Positions 62,439 to 64,000 of a stretch of 64,000 nucleotides of DNA are shown piece by piece (position 1 is the stretch's first letter; each line of letters starts with the position of its first letter). This DNA is from Acholeplasma sp. (GTDB lineage: Bacteria > Bacillota_I > Bacilli_A > Acholeplasmatales > UBA5453): the NCBI GenBank assembly GCA_036677365.1, contig JAVBWN010000001.1:16664-80663 (forward strand). Reading direction: 5' to 3'. The notes under the pieces are model-generated. The model did not search any database, was not told the origin of the DNA, and was given only the letters and a program-made list of their open reading frames with translations. Made by a program: the position numbers and the translations under genes.

Positions 62439-62993
62439 ATGAACGAACAAGCTGATTTAATTTTAATGGAAGCGGAAGAAAAGATGGAGAAATCCATCCA
62501 TGCCCTTCAACACGATTTCGCATCGATTCGTACCGGTAGAGCTAACCCTGCATTATTAGATGTGGTTCACATCGAATATTACGGTGTCGATAGCCCAATC
62601 AAGCAAATCGCTTCGATTTCCGTTCCTGAAGGCAACCAACTTTATATCAAACCATTCGACAAATCGACATTGAAAAAAATCGAAAGTGCGATTCAAGCGT
62701 CACAATTGGGTTTACAACCTCAAAATGATGGCGTAGGTATCCGCTTGATTTTACCTCAACTCACCACTGAACGCAGAAAAGAATTGGCTAAGCAAGCTGA
62801 AAAATTATCTGAACATGGAAAGATTGCGGTTAGAAATGTCAGAAGAGAAGCCAATGAACACATCAAGAAGTTAGAACTTACAGAAGATGCGGAACATGGT
62901 TACATTGAAGACGTTCAATCGTTGACCGATAAGTTTGTTGAAAAAGTCGATCAGGTGACCAAAGTCAAGATCGAAGAAATCATGGCAATCTAA
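62439..62993 (+). CDS. frr: Ribosome recycling factor
   Basis: IRTGRANP, PQLTTERRKEL, RNVRR. Confidence 0.97.
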   Translation: MNEQADLILMEAEEKMEKSIHALQHDFASIRTGRANPALLDVVHIEYYGVDSPIKQIASISVPEGNQLYIKPFDKSTLKKIESAIQASQLGLQPQNDGVGIRLILPQLTTERRKELAKQAEKLSEHGKIAVRNVRREANEHIKKLELTEDAEHGYIEDVQSLTDKFVEKVDQVTKVKIEEIMAI

Positions 62994-63117
62994 ATGTCAA
63001 AGGCTAAGCAATTGGCCTTTTTCTTTTTCATAATCATAAAAATGAACATAAAACGCCATATAAGTCTTACAAAATTCTTAACGATTCGTTATAATGAATA
63101 TAAAGGAGAGTGATATT

Positions 63118-63348
63118 ATGGCAAAGAAACAAAATTTAAGTTTGTTAGAAATGATTTTAGTCATCATTCCATTTACAAATGCATTGGGAATTGACAGATT
63201 CGTGATGGGAGACATGAAATGGGGTCTCATTCGTTTAGTGGTAGGTATTCTTACTGTAGGTATTGTAGGTACGATTCTTTGGGTCATTGACTTAGTATTC
63301 TTATTCCTAGGTAGATACCAAACAGATATGCTCAAATATTTAAAATAA
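63118..63348 (+). CDS. TM2-domain small membrane protein
   Basis: LGIDRF..G...G...LT.G..G.ILWVIDL TM2 pattern; AAGGAG RBS. Confidence 0.8.
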   Translation: MAKKQNLSLLEMILVIIPFTNALGIDRFVMGDMKWGLIRLVVGILTVGIVGTILWVIDLVFLFLGRYQTDMLKYLK

Positions 63349-63585
63349 TTGAATATTAAAAAGGAACAAGTCGATGAGATTTGTTCTTTTTTATTTACTA
63401 GGAAAGTTCGTCTTTTATTGTTCTATCCGATAACAATTGATTTGTGACTTTTATAAAATTTCCTCTAAAACAACATTTAAAATGCCCTCTTTTAATGACT
63501 TTCTATATAATTAAATATTCATATAAAATATATATTTTATCGGATGTATATGGTATAATTTAGGTAAGAAAGGAGGACATCAATA

Positions 63586-64000
63586 ATGCCTTATAAAGCC
63601 CTAAAAACAAGACTCTATTTGAATTCAAATCAACACCAGTTTCTATTATCATTAATGCGTGCTTCAAGAAGTCTTTATAATCAAGCCCTTTATAATGTAA
63701 GACAACATTTTATCAAAACCAATGGCTATTTGTCATTTTATGGTAACTGTAAGCTACTGAAAGAAAGTGAACACTATCGTTATTTAAGTACCACTCAAGG
63801 TCAAATGGTCATTCGTAAAGTCGATGAAGCGATGAAAGGCTTCTTTGGATCATTGAAGTCAAAAGTCAAACAAACCATCAGACTTCCGAGATACTTAAAG
63901 AAAGACACCCATTATCCCATCTATGACCGAATGGTCTATAAACCAAATCATGAAGTCTATACCTTACCAAGAAGTAACTTCATCAAGAAAGTATCGAAAG
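63586..64000 (+). mobile_element. tnpB: TnpB-like ORF (IS200/IS605 or IS607 OrfB), N-terminal part, truncated by the window edge
   Basis: Manual translation MPYKALKTRLYLNSNQHQFLLSLMRASRSLYNQAL...RLPRYLKKD... matches the OrfB N-terminal pattern; AAGGAGG RBS, TGgTATAAT -10; not in the ORF track. Confidence 0.82.

Noticed and set aside
1193-63335. Many short antisense or overlapping ORFs in the track (e.g. 9890-10384, 46977-47507, 22946-23338, 63078-63335)
   Set aside because: They shadow well-supported genes on the opposite strand or frame and show no recognisable motifs
63437-63441. TTGAT as the TnpB TAM or left-end cleavage site
   Set aside because: A 5-mer is expected by chance in AT-rich DNA, and no convincing subterminal hairpin follows it
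1-64000. CRISPR arrays, tRNA/rRNA genes, prophage
   Set aside because: No regularly spaced repeats, cloverleaf or rRNA signatures, or phage structural genes were seen by eye

Overview
A gene-dense, AT-rich chromosomal segment using genetic code 11 (TGA is a stop, Trp is TGG). Gene content and synteny suggest a Bacilli-derived organism, probably Acholeplasmatales-like (inference). Most of it is housekeeping: sufCDSUB; pgk, tpiA, gap and a GTP-type PEPCK; rpsD; rpsP-khpA-rimM-trmD-rplS; tyrS and trpS; pepF, spx, CYTH and nadK; tdh-kbl; trmFO-xerC; rpsB-tsf-pyrH-frr. It is unusually rich in regulatory RNA: two T-boxes; c-di-AMP, c-di-GMP-I-like, THF and cobalamin riboswitches; ribosomal-protein leaders; and many CcpA cre-like sites. 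Main findings: (1) a perfect sigmaA promoter drives a variant c-di-GMP-I (GEMM) riboswitch whose intact ON-type platform controls no ORF, only a structured ~110-nt RNA ending at the guaC terminator, so it is a candidate riboswitch-gated sRNA; (2) a compact stand-alone C-A-T-R NRPS lies between tyrS/lipid kinase and trpS; (3) a candidate sRNA with C-rich loops is divergent from suf; (4) a c-di-AMP riboswitch precedes an antiporter plus a PII-like gene; (5) a tnpB-like ORF at the right edge has no tnpA upstream; (6) an ABC ATPase is frameshifted. Start codons were moved to RBS-supported positions where the ORF track over-extended.
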